This document shows positions 18,781 through 27,075 of a DNA stretch of 59,301 nucleotides, piece by piece. The first letter of the stretch is position 1, and each line of letters starts with the position of its first letter. The notes under the pieces are model-generated. The model did not search any database. It was not told the origin of the DNA and worked only from the letters and a program-made list of their open reading frames with translations. Location: NCBI GenBank assembly GCA_041665065.1, contig JBAYJM010000004.1:1-59301 (forward strand), written 5' to 3'. The position numbers were made by a program, and so were the translations under genes. The DNA comes from Candidatus Buchananbacteria bacterium (lineage in GTDB: Bacteria; Patescibacteriota; Patescibacteriia; 2-01-FULL-39-33).

Positions 18781-18945
18781 GATAAGTGAGTCGAACGGGC
18801 AGAAGCGAAACAAGTTTTGTTTTGGTTTTTGCCAAAACAAAACGCAGGAGAGCGTAGACGATGCGACCCTTGGGAGCATTGGCTCTGCCCAGGGCAACGA
18901 CGACCGAGCGGAAGCGAGGTCTAGGCGGAACTCCCCTTATTTGAT
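18781..18945. ncRNA. Compact G+C-rich structured element (~160 nt); orientation and class unresolved
   Basis: Closing helix ATAAG(T)GAGT (18782-18791) / ACTC(CC)CTTAT (18930-18940). Sub-domain closed by GGGCAGA (18797-18803) / TCTGCCC (18884-18890). Perfect 12-bp hairpin at 18814-18843. Hairpin 18902-18921 has a GGAA loop and tandem G.A mismatches. Confidence 0.4.
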
Positions 18946-18956
18946 ATTATTAATAT

Positions 18957-19145
18957 ATGAATTACCCATTTGTTATCTTCGTATCAATCATATATATAAT
19001 TATAGACATAGGGGTTTTTATAGCGCTCAACTATTTTGATGTTGCGGATTTCAGACAGTTTGGAAGGTTTTTTTGTTATTTTAACTTTTTGGTTGCTTTG
19101 GCCGTTATGTTGTATGCGATTCTTGGGATGGTTTTTGGATATTAA
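18957..19145 (+). CDS. Small hydrophobic protein (62 aa, two predicted TM helices)
   Basis: ATG ORF followed by a + oriented terminator (CGCCC-TCAA-GGGCG, T5; 19164-19182). No SD, and no family recognised. Confidence 0.4.
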   Translation: MNYPFVIFVSIIYIIIDIGVFIALNYFDVADFRQFGRFFCYFNFLVALAVMLYAILGMVFGY

Positions 19146-19221
19146 ATAACATGTGAAAATAGGCGCCCTCAAGGGCGTTTTTATATTTGAATAAATTTAG
19201 GTTATTTGATAGGATGTTTTA

Positions 19222-19520
19222 GCTAGGATTGCTATAGTAGTGGCTAGGCAACACGGGGGTGATTCACATGCGGAAAAGTAAGGAGAAACGAAGTAGAAAT
19301 GCAGCACTACCGGGAAAGGTTGGTGGCAATCCGGATGTCCAGGTGGACATTCGGAAGCCGTGCCTCAAGATTAGGGGGACCGGAAGTCATACGAAGTGCG
19401 AAAAGAAATGGAGGGGCTGCTTTGGTAGGTGTGGCATGAGGAAACCGTAAGTAAGCCGTAGGTTGCACTACTAATAAGCCGTCACGACGGGAGAACATCT
19501 CGTTCGTGCCGGCCTTTTTT
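19222..19520 (+). ncRNA. Unclassified structured RNA (~300 nt) with its own promoter and terminator
   Basis: Promoter TTGAAT (19187-19192), 17 nt, TAGGAT (19210-19215). Closing helix TAGTAGT (19235-19241) + GCAAC (19248-19252) pairs with GTTGC (19462-19466) + ACTACTA (19467-19473). Internal hairpin ATGTCC-AGGT-GGACAT. Terminator stem GCCGTCACGA/TCGTGCCGGC plus T6 (19477-19520). Confidence 0.45.
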
Positions 19521-19523
19521 AAT

Positions 19524-19556
19524 TAAAAAAACGTTCCGGCACGACCTGGGAACGTC
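19524..19556 (-). terminator. Intrinsic terminator of the 20988-19580 operon
   Basis: On the minus strand: stem ACGTTCC/GGAACGT (19531-19537 / 19549-19555) followed by T7. Confidence 0.6.
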
Positions 19557-19579
19557 TTTTTCCTTCGCAACTATGTTAA

Positions 19580-20110
19580 CTATTCTAAACAACAATCTAT
19601 CGCTTTCTTAACCAAAACACCGAGTTTACCCATAAAACCGCCTTTAGCTTTATCATCCTTATGCAGGGCTCCATCATCAATCTTTTTGATCTCGCCGACA
19701 TCAATCAATTTCATATTCAAACCCCAAAACAGGGAATATAAATTATAGCTTTTATCAAACAAATCATACGCCTCTTCTTTTTTATCCATTCCTAGCTGTT
19801 TGGTGCCAACTTCCATTAGCCTCATTGAAGCAGCAAGCAAATGTTTGGAAATGCACCAGACTTCGCCGTCGTATTCTTTGATAATCTTTTTAAGTAGCTC
19901 CTTTCGCATTTCTCTGACATCCTTAATTAAATCATAGTACTGATTATTGCCAGTCTTTCCGCCACTGAAGAAAAAATGTTCTTCGATGCTGACCAAATTC
20001 ATTATGGCTATACTTAAATCCTGATCTGATGATAGATCCATTTTATCCTGTTTTTTCATTTGGTCAACCTTTTGGATAAAGTCATCTAATTTTTTTATGT
20101 TTTCGTCCAT
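19580..20110 (-). CDS. Hypothetical soluble protein (176 aa)
   Basis: Last gene of a tightly packed three-gene minus-strand operon (1-nt spacers). No family recognised. Confidence 0.55.
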   Translation of the reverse strand: MDENIKKLDDFIQKVDQMKKQDKMDLSSDQDLSIAIMNLVSIEEHFFFSGGKTGNNQYYDLIKDVREMRKELLKKIIKEYDGEVWCISKHLLAASMRLMEVGTKQLGMDKKEEAYDLFDKSYNLYSLFWGLNMKLIDVGEIKKIDDGALHKDDKAKGGFMGKLGVLVKKAIDCCLE

Positions 20111-20111
20111 A

Positions 20112-20618
20112 TTATTTGATTAAAAAAAAGAATATTAAGCTAAAAATTATAAGCGGCGATATGGCCATGACAACTTTTTGGTAGGGAAAATACGACTTTC
20201 CGGTTGCTTTGTTCTTTGTGTATGGGAAAGCGATTACTCCGGCTAAAAAAGCAATTGTTCCAATAATTGTTCCAAATAGCAATTTATCCATTCCCCAGAG
20301 TGTATTGGTGGGATAATTTACTACATCCCACCACACTAAAGGCACGACAATAAATCCATAGTACAAGACAATTATTAAAATCTTCCTAAACCAGAAGCGG
20401 ATATTTTTTTTGTTCAACCAATCAATGGTCCAGATTATTAAAGAAATAGTTACGCCGCCTATCCATAGTCCGGTGATAGTATCGTCAATGCCCAGCCATC
20501 TTGAAAGTCCAACTCCGCCTATTACTGCAACGGTACAAACAGGACAAATTGCTTTAGCTGGAGACATAATTACAAAGGTGCCTATAGCCAATATTGTAAA
20601 AAAAATCTTTTTTTTCAT
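20112..20618 (-). CDS. Polytopic membrane protein with a CxxC directly after its signal/anchor sequence
   Basis: 'SPAKAICPVCTVAV' followed by about 5 hydrophobic helices. No family recognised. Confidence 0.55.
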   Translation of the reverse strand: MKKKIFFTILAIGTFVIMSPAKAICPVCTVAVIGGVGLSRWLGIDDTITGLWIGGVTISLIIWTIDWLNKKNIRFWFRKILIIVLYYGFIVVPLVWWDVVNYPTNTLWGMDKLLFGTIIGTIAFLAGVIAFPYTKNKATGKSYFPYQKVVMAISPLIIFSLIFFFLIK

Positions 20619-20619
20619 G

Positions 20620-20988
20620 TTATTTTATTCCAGCTTTAATTTTGAAAAAATCAATAATACTTTGATCTCCCACAATGCATTTTGAATCGGCCCACAACAT
20701 TGGAACGCCCACTTCATTTTGGTTAATTCCGCATTTAACCGCTTTACTGATCAGTTCTTGCGCATTGGCCTGGTTGGCGGAGACTTCTTTGATTTCAAAT
20801 TGAACCTTATCTTTAATCCCGTTGCTATCTATAAATTCCTCAACAATCTTACAATGTGAGCATTCATTGCTCACATAAAGGTATGTTTTGTTTACGGCGG
20901 ACTGTTTTAGCCAAAAAAAGGCTAAAGCGATAACAATAATAGCTATTATAATGACAATAACTATCGCGGTTATTTTTTTATTATTCAT
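20620..20988 (-). CDS. Membrane-anchored glutaredoxin/thioredoxin-fold protein
   Basis: N-terminal TM helix, then 'VSNECSHCKIVEEFI' (CxxC) and 'VGVPMLW', typical of a thioredoxin fold. Confidence 0.65.
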   Translation of the reverse strand: MNNKKITAIVIVIIIAIIVIALAFFWLKQSAVNKTYLYVSNECSHCKIVEEFIDSNGIKDKVQFEIKEVSANQANAQELISKAVKCGINQNEVGVPMLWADSKCIVGDQSIIDFFKIKAGIK

Positions 20989-21186
20989 TTTTTAAAAATA
21001 TTTATAAGAATTGTTCTCTTTAAAATAATTTTACTATGTTGTCGGTATTTTAACAAGACAAAAATAAAAGTATTTAGATGACTATCTAAATATAAATTTT
21101 ACGTCAATTTAGGTAAAAGTTAGAAATAACTTGTAAAGTTTAATCTAATTTAAGACAAAATAATCTAATAAATCAGCCAAAGTCCA

Positions 21187-21215
21187 TTGACAAAATAGGG
21201 GCAATTTGCTATAAT
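21187..21215 (+). promoter_or_regulatory. Consensus sigma70 promoter
   Basis: TTGACA (21187-21192), 17 nt, TATAAT (21210-21215). Confidence 0.55.
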
Positions 21216-21247
21216 GCCACATTGCGAAAGTAAATGATGACCAATAT

Positions 21248-21883
21248 ATGAATATGGTCATTTTTTATTTAAAAGCAACCAAAAAATCATTTATGACTAA
21301 AAAACAACGTAGAATTATTGCCCTGGCTTCTGTTGCATTTATCTGCCAACTATTGTTTCCGCAATTGTCCAAGGCCCAAATAATTCCAACACAAAAGGGG
21401 CTGGAGGAATATAGTGTATCTATGCTTTTGGTTAAGAATTCCCCTCAGCCCATCATATTTGACGCATCAATTAATCTAAATATGTCCAAGACCAATAGTA
21501 CTGCTACTACAATCGTGGCAGATAAGGTTGCATCTGCATCACTAAAAGCTATTGCTGCTCCTGTTGTCAAAGAGTCAGACGAGGATGACAAGGATGAAAT
21601 AAGGGCTTATGTTTTAGCGGAGGCTGTAAAATTCGGTTTGAACCCAAGGGAAGTGGAATTAATTGTTAAGTGTGAAAGCACTTGGAATGACAAGGCGACT
21701 CATACAAATAGGAATGGAAGCATTGATGCCGGACTTTGGCAAATCAACTCGCTTCATAAAAGTTTGAGCTTTGAAGAAAAAATGGATTACAAGATAGCGA
21801 CTGATTGGGCTTTGAAAAAGAGAGTCCATGATGGAAACTGGTCAGCCTGGTATTGTGCTAAAAGAATGGGAATCAAAACTTAA
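21248..21883 (+). CDS. Secreted lysozyme-like protein with a C-type-lysozyme-like catalytic motif
   Basis: 'KCESTWNDKATHTNRNGSIDAGLWQINSLH' parallels the C-type lysozyme block '[27 protein letters not shown]'. N-terminal hydrophobic segment. An alternative start is ATG 21293. Confidence 0.6.
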   Translation: MNMVIFYLKATKKSFMTKKQRRIIALASVAFICQLLFPQLSKAQIIPTQKGLEEYSVSMLLVKNSPQPIIFDASINLNMSKTNSTATTIVADKVASASLKAIAAPVVKESDEDDKDEIRAYVLAEAVKFGLNPREVELIVKCESTWNDKATHTNRNGSIDAGLWQINSLHKSLSFEEKMDYKIATDWALKKRVHDGNWSAWYCAKRMGIKT

Positions 21884-21991
21884 GATATAAATAAAAAACG
21901 AGGCGATTTAATTCGGCCTTGTTTTTTATTTGTAAAAATTATTTATATCATAATATAGAAAACTTTGTTATAATTAATACATATTTAATCT

Positions 21992-24301
21992 ATGGTTTTC
22001 CCAACCGTGACTAAGACTAATACAAAAATTGGATTGGCAATCACTTTGACTATTGCGGTGATAGTTTCTATCGGAATTCTTATTGCGCCTTCTTTTTTTC
22101 CGATAAGTCAAAAAGCTTTTACAATACCATCCTCGGGATGTTATAGAATGTCTTCGTTATCATTTCAAATCCCCAGTCCCCATAATTCTGAAACCACTGG
22201 CGCATGTTATCAGGGCACAACTAATCCGGCTCCTTCTTGCTGGCCAGGCCTTTTTCAAGATGATGAAAAATTCGGCCACTGCAGGGGAAGGATAAGTACA
22301 ACCGGAGGAGCATATACATTTTGTCCAACCAAGAGTTGTGTCATCGATACAACAACTGTTAAGCCTACAATCGTCATTAAATCTCCCAGCTCAGGAGTAA
22401 GTGTAGCCTTAGGATCTCCTATAAATCTGGTTTCAGAGGTTAGAAATGACACGACCGGAAAGTATGGCTCCGTGGAGTGGTATGATGGATCAGGGCCATT
22501 GAAATATGGTTCAAGCATTACTTACACCTTTACAACGCCGGGTGCAAAATCTGTTTATGCCACAGGAGGAACTAGTGACGATTATATTGTCAGTTCGAAA
22601 ATAACTATAAATGTCACAAATCCAACCGGGTCACAGCCCGGATGTTGCAGTTATCAAAGATCAGACGGTCCATGGCGGGCTCTTAACATTTATGAGAATG
22701 TTTGTTTAACGCAGTATCCCCAAGGAAAATGGACGCCGACTTGCGCTTGGTATAGATGCAAAAGCACTGGAGGCTATGAGTCTTGTTCTCCATATAATAG
22801 CGAGTCCTGCAATTTAATGCCCGAAGATGTTGCTAGTTGCGGTGCGGGTGTTAATGAGATTACTGGACAGCAAAATGGTTATTTTAAATGCAATTTTACT
22901 AATAAGACATGTTCTAGTTGTGCGGCAGGAACTGCTGGCTGTGTTATCGCAACTGATTGCAATAGCGCTTGCCAAATATCGTATCCGACATACACCTGTT
23001 CTGGAAGTCCGAACTATACCTGTACTCAAAAAGTCTGTACTCCTGGCACGCCAGGCTGTTATAGCTGGATAAAAGATTGTACTGATGTCTGTAATGCGCC
23101 GGTTTTAAATTGGTGCGTGGCAGGCTCTACGGGAGGGCAATGTGTCGCCAGTGCAACAAAGCCGGCAGGAACTATTTTAAAGATTTTTTCTACTGCTAGT
23201 GCATGCTCACTTAACTGCCCAAGCGCGGTTTCACAAGCTACTGGTTGTTGTACCCAAACCAGCTATTTGTTAGGTAGTAAAACAAGCATGACTACTAAGA
23301 GTCTTTGTAAACCAAATTTAATGTATCCTCGCGCAGTTACATTCATTGCAGGAAAAACTTGTACTGGTGCATTAATTAATGAAGTCGATTTGTGTTTAAA
23401 TGTTCCTGGAACGCAATCAGTTTCCGAAGGATGGATTCAAGATTCTTTTGGTAATTGTACTTGTAGTGGTGGGGATTCCACCAAATCTGCTGATTCATGT
23501 CCTGTTAGTCTTAATACCGTTTCCGGAATTATTACCAAAAATAATGAACGCGATTTTTATTCTGCTGATGTAGGACCATTGGAAATCAGCGGTGCAAAGG
23601 TTACGCTTCTAAAACTTCTTCAACCAATTACTAATTATGGACCGGCAACTACGGATGTTTTAGGAAAATATTCTATAAGTAATGTCCCAAGCGGATCATT
23701 GGGCATACAAATTTTAAAGCAGGGTTTTGTTACTTATTGTGGCAAGGTCAATTCGCCAAATAGTACAGCAGATTTTAAATTATATCCGTTGGTACAGCCA
23801 AATAATGGCGGAGATTTTGATACTCCTGCTGGAACTCCAAGGCCAGCAGCAGCCTCTCAACTGGGATCAGGAATCTCTTGTCTATATAATAAATTGGCTA
23901 GTGATATTGGATTTGATGGCTATTCACTTAGATTTACTTCTTTGGGACGATCTGATGCTGGGAGTTGCCATAATAAAACAAGCGCAGGGACTACACAGTC
24001 TTATGCTGTTGATGTTCAAGCTATTAAGGATAATGTAAATAAACTTCAAATATTTCAGGCAGGAGATGCTGCTGAATCAAACAGGCTTTGTAAAAGTATT
24101 GAGGCAGCGGCTAAGTCATGCAAATTTACAACTGTCTTGGATGAACGAAATGGTAAAAAGCCAAGTTGCCAAACTTTAACAGCAACAGCCAGTACTAATG
24201 TTCATGTTCATTTAAGTGTTTGTAATTGTGATACAGAAAGTGGTGGAACTTTTGGCTGTACGGCAACAAATTCATTATCAGACTATACCTGCTCGTTTTA
24301 A
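21992..24301 (+). CDS. Cys-rich modular surface protein, paralog A (769 aa)
   Basis: N-terminal TM anchor. The N-module and central Cys-rich blocks are shared with the 32153-34210 protein. Has its own Ig-like segment, a CarboxypepD_reg-like segment ('GKYSISNVPSG') and a distinct C-terminal module. Confidence 0.7.
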   Translation: MVFPTVTKTNTKIGLAITLTIAVIVSIGILIAPSFFPISQKAFTIPSSGCYRMSSLSFQIPSPHNSETTGACYQGTTNPAPSCWPGLFQDDEKFGHCRGRISTTGGAYTFCPTKSCVIDTTTVKPTIVIKSPSSGVSVALGSPINLVSEVRNDTTGKYGSVEWYDGSGPLKYGSSITYTFTTPGAKSVYATGGTSDDYIVSSKITINVTNPTGSQPGCCSYQRSDGPWRALNIYENVCLTQYPQGKWTPTCAWYRCKSTGGYESCSPYNSESCNLMPEDVASCGAGVNEITGQQNGYFKCNFTNKTCSSCAAGTAGCVIATDCNSACQISYPTYTCSGSPNYTCTQKVCTPGTPGCYSWIKDCTDVCNAPVLNWCVAGSTGGQCVASATKPAGTILKIFSTASACSLNCPSAVSQATGCCTQTSYLLGSKTSMTTKSLCKPNLMYPRAVTFIAGKTCTGALINEVDLCLNVPGTQSVSEGWIQDSFGNCTCSGGDSTKSADSCPVSLNTVSGIITKNNERDFYSADVGPLEISGAKVTLLKLLQPITNYGPATTDVLGKYSISNVPSGSLGIQILKQGFVTYCGKVNSPNSTADFKLYPLVQPNNGGDFDTPAGTPRPAAASQLGSGISCLYNKLASDIGFDGYSLRFTSLGRSDAGSCHNKTSAGTTQSYAVDVQAIKDNVNKLQIFQAGDAAESNRLCKSIEAAAKSCKFTTVLDERNGKKPSCQTLTATASTNVHVHLSVCNCDTESGGTFGCTATNSLSDYTCSF

Positions 24302-24470
24302 AGCTCACTTAACAATTTTTACTTAAAAAACTGCCTAATAATGGCAGTTTTTTTATTTAATTTTACATTAAAGATGGCAGTATCTATTGACATTTTATAC
24401 AAAATATGATATAATTACTATATTGAATTAAGGCAATTAACCCATTTTGTAGGTTTAGGGGGATGAGAAG

Positions 24471-24767
24471 ATGAGGAAAGTGTACCTTGGTTTTGGTCTT
24501 TGTATGTTGTTGGCCACCATCTGCGTGATTTTCTTTTCCCCGGAAAAGCGAGTCATCAGGAATGATGCCAGCGACAGTCGCCTGGCAGTGATCGACGACG
24601 TGATGATCGTCGAGCTACCGGCGCACTCCGAAAGCCGTCCATTTCCGCTGGCGGACGGAGAACACAAGTTTGATTTCTTCCAGGTAAAGAACGGTACGAG
24701 GGAGCGCTATCTCTTCTACCGAGCCAAGATCGAACCTGGCAGAACGGTTGCAGTATGTGCTCCCTAA
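24471..24767 (+). CDS. Small G+C-rich hypothetical protein with an N-terminal hydrophobic anchor (98 aa)
   Basis: Consensus promoter TTGACA (24387-24392), 17 nt, TATAAT (24410-24415). 'GGGGGATGAG' SD. Terminator hairpins at 24794-24861. Confidence 0.45.
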   Translation: MRKVYLGFGLCMLLATICVIFFSPEKRVIRNDASDSRLAVIDDVMIVELPAHSESRPFPLADGEHKFDFFQVKNGTRERYLFYRAKIEPGRTVAVCAP

Positions 24768-24894
24768 AGAGCACACAACCCCTCGAAATTTCGGCGCAAG
24801 CAGCTTAACCCTGTCTTGCGCCGTCCATTTTTTATAAGCGCTCAGGTGAGCGTTATTTTTATTAACAAAAAAATGCCCAGCCGGGCATTGATTA

Positions 24895-24966
24895 AGGTCA
24901 CGGCCGGGATCGAACCGGCGAATAGCGGTTTTGCAGACCGCTGCCTTACCACTTGGCTACGTGACC
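24895..24966 (-). tRNA. tRNA-Cys (anticodon GCA)
   Basis: Reverse complement folds with acceptor GGTCACG/CGTGACC, anticodon stem GCGGT/ACCGC, loop CTGCAAA, T arm GCCGG-TTCGATC-CCGGC and discriminator U. Confidence 0.85.
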
Positions 24967-25099
24967 ATTTTTTATCAATGAATTTTTGATAAATGAATAT
25001 TAGCAGAAAATAACCAATCAATCAATTTAAACGATTAATATGCTTGATTTTTTTACTATTTTTTGGTAAAATAAAAATTATCGAAATAAACAAAGTGTC

Positions 25100-27070
25100 A
25101 TGAATGTAGCAGATTTAGCAAGAAAATTAAGCGTAACAGGCAATGAGCTGTTGGAAAAACTCCCACAGCTGGGCTTTGATATTGGCAGAAGAGCCATAAA
25201 AATTGACGATAGGTTGGCAGATAAAATAATTGATGCTTGGAAAAGAAATGCTAAGATTGCTAAAGAAAAAGCCAAGATTGATGAAATTCGCGGCGTTGGC
25301 CAAGTTGTTGCAGAAGAAAAAGTTGTCGGTGGGCAAATAAAAGTCCCGTCGGTAATTACTGTTAGGGAATTTGCAGCTCTAATGGGTTTGCCGATAAATA
25401 AGGTTTTGATGGAGCTTATGAAAAATGGCGTTCTCGCCTCTATGAATGAGAGAATAGACTTTGATACCGCAGGCATTATCGGTTCTGAGCTGGGTTTTGA
25501 AGTTTCTCCTTTGGAAGAAAATTCAGTATCGGTTAATAATGAATCCGAAAACAAATTAAAAAATATTTTAGCGGACGATGATGAAAATAAAATAGCCAGA
25601 CCGCCGGTGATTGTTGTTATGGGACACGTTGATCATGGCAAGACAAAAATTTTAGACGCTATTAGAAAAACAGATGTAGTTTCAGGAGAAAGCGGAGGCA
25701 TTACTCAGCACGTTGGCGCTTATCAGGTTCATAGGCATGACAGATTAATAACTTTTATTGATACTCCGGGTCATGAAGCGTTTACGGCCATGAGATCACG
25801 TGGCGCCCGAGTGGCAGACATTGCTATTTTGGTTGTGGCAGCCGACGACGGTGTTCAGCCCCAGACAAAAGAGGCGATTAAAATAATTCAAGATGCTGGT
25901 TTGCCTTTTGTTGTGGCTATTAATAAAATTGACAAGCCAGAAGCGGATATCGAAAAAGCCAAACAAGACTTATCAGCAAATAATCTTTTGCCTGAAGACT
26001 GGGGCGGAAAAACAATTTGCGTGCCGGTCTCTGCAAAAACAGGACAAGGCATTGATGATCTTTTGGAAACAGTCCTTTTGTTGGCCGATATTAATAAAGA
26101 AAGCATGCTTTCTAATCCGGACAAGCAGGCAATTGGAACCATTGTTGAATCACATATTGATAAGGGCGAAGGCCCTGTTGCTACTATTTTAATCCAGTCA
26201 GGGACTTTGAGAATTGGCGACGTGATTTGCAATTGCAATGATTATTTCGGCAAGGTTAGAAACTTAAAAGATTATAAAGGCGATTCAATAAAGGAAGCTC
26301 TTCCAGGAACGCCGGCTCGAATTTTGGGACTTAAAGTTTGTCCTGCAGTTGGATCAATTTTAGAGGTTACTAAGGAAACTAAATGTTTGAATAAGGATGT
26401 AAAATCTCAGAGACAAAAGCAAGAAAGAGATCATAGTTTTGTTTCGGCAAATGGTGAAGATGACGCTAATATAAAATCAATTAATTTGATAATCAAGGCG
26501 GATGTTTTGGGATCGCTCGAGGCTATTATTGAGAGTCTGGCAAAATTGGAAACCAAGGAAATTAAAATTAAAGTTGTTTCCAAGGGGTTGGGCTTGATTT
26601 CAGAAGCTGATGTTTTAAAGGCGGAAGCGACTGGAGCTGCCATTATCGGTTTTCATGTTAAGCCGGCGCAAACGACAGCCAATTTGGCTCGCGATAAAAA
26701 AGTAGAAATAAAAAGCTATGAAGTCATATATCATTTAATAGAAAATATTGAAGATCAAATGAAAGACATGGCAATTAAAGAAAAAGCAAAAATATTAATT
26801 GGCAAATTGGTGGTTTTGAAAGTTTTCAGAAAAGAAGCCAAGAGCATGATTATCGGCGGACGAGTCGATGACGGATTTATAATGCCGTCAGAAGTCGTTA
26901 TCGTCATTAGAGATGGACAAGCACTGACTTCCGGAAAAGTTACGAGAATAGAGTTGGCCAAACAACTGGCTGAAAAGGTAAATTCCGGACAGGAATGCGG
27001 ATTAAGCTTTGAGGGCAATTCGGTTATTGAAGAAAAAGACGGGTTGGAATTTTATCAAGAAGAAAAATAA
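25100..27070 (+). CDS. infB: Translation initiation factor IF-2
   Basis: G domain 'GHVDHGKT', 'DTPGH', 'NKID'. rbfA lies immediately downstream. Confidence 0.95.
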   Translation: MNVADLARKLSVTGNELLEKLPQLGFDIGRRAIKIDDRLADKIIDAWKRNAKIAKEKAKIDEIRGVGQVVAEEKVVGGQIKVPSVITVREFAALMGLPINKVLMELMKNGVLASMNERIDFDTAGIIGSELGFEVSPLEENSVSVNNESENKLKNILADDDENKIARPPVIVVMGHVDHGKTKILDAIRKTDVVSGESGGITQHVGAYQVHRHDRLITFIDTPGHEAFTAMRSRGARVADIAILVVAADDGVQPQTKEAIKIIQDAGLPFVVAINKIDKPEADIEKAKQDLSANNLLPEDWGGKTICVPVSAKTGQGIDDLLETVLLLADINKESMLSNPDKQAIGTIVESHIDKGEGPVATILIQSGTLRIGDVICNCNDYFGKVRNLKDYKGDSIKEALPGTPARILGLKVCPAVGSILEVTKETKCLNKDVKSQRQKQERDHSFVSANGEDDANIKSINLIIKADVLGSLEAIIESLAKLETKEIKIKVVSKGLGLISEADVLKAEATGAAIIGFHVKPAQTTANLARDKKVEIKSYEVIYHLIENIEDQMKDMAIKEKAKILIGKLVVLKVFRKEAKSMIIGGRVDDGFIMPSEVVIVIRDGQALTSGKVTRIELAKQLAEKVNSGQECGLSFEGNSVIEEKDGLEFYQEEK

Positions 27071-27075
27071 GTTTT

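Noticed and set aside
18574-19039. ORFs 18574-18897 (-) and 18710-19039 (+)
   Set aside because: They run through tRNA-Gly, a terminator hairpin and the structured G+C-rich element. They have no SD, and their composition is driven by RNA structure.
18781-19145. tmRNA or SRP RNA assignment for the 18781-18945 element
   Set aside because: 'GAGTCGAACGGGCAGAAGCGAAAC' is reminiscent of a tmRNA 5' region, and the GGAA hairpin of SRP helix 8. There is no T-arm/acceptor 3' half, no plausible tag reading frame ending in a stop, and no 'GGAAGCAGC' SRP motif.
19300-19400. Cobalamin riboswitch assignment for the second structured RNA
   Set aside because: 'GGGAAAGGTTGGTGGCAATCC' resembles the AdoCbl core. 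I could not find the B12 box or 'GCCACTG', and the RNA ends in a terminator with only convergent genes downstream, so there is nothing for it to regulate in cis.
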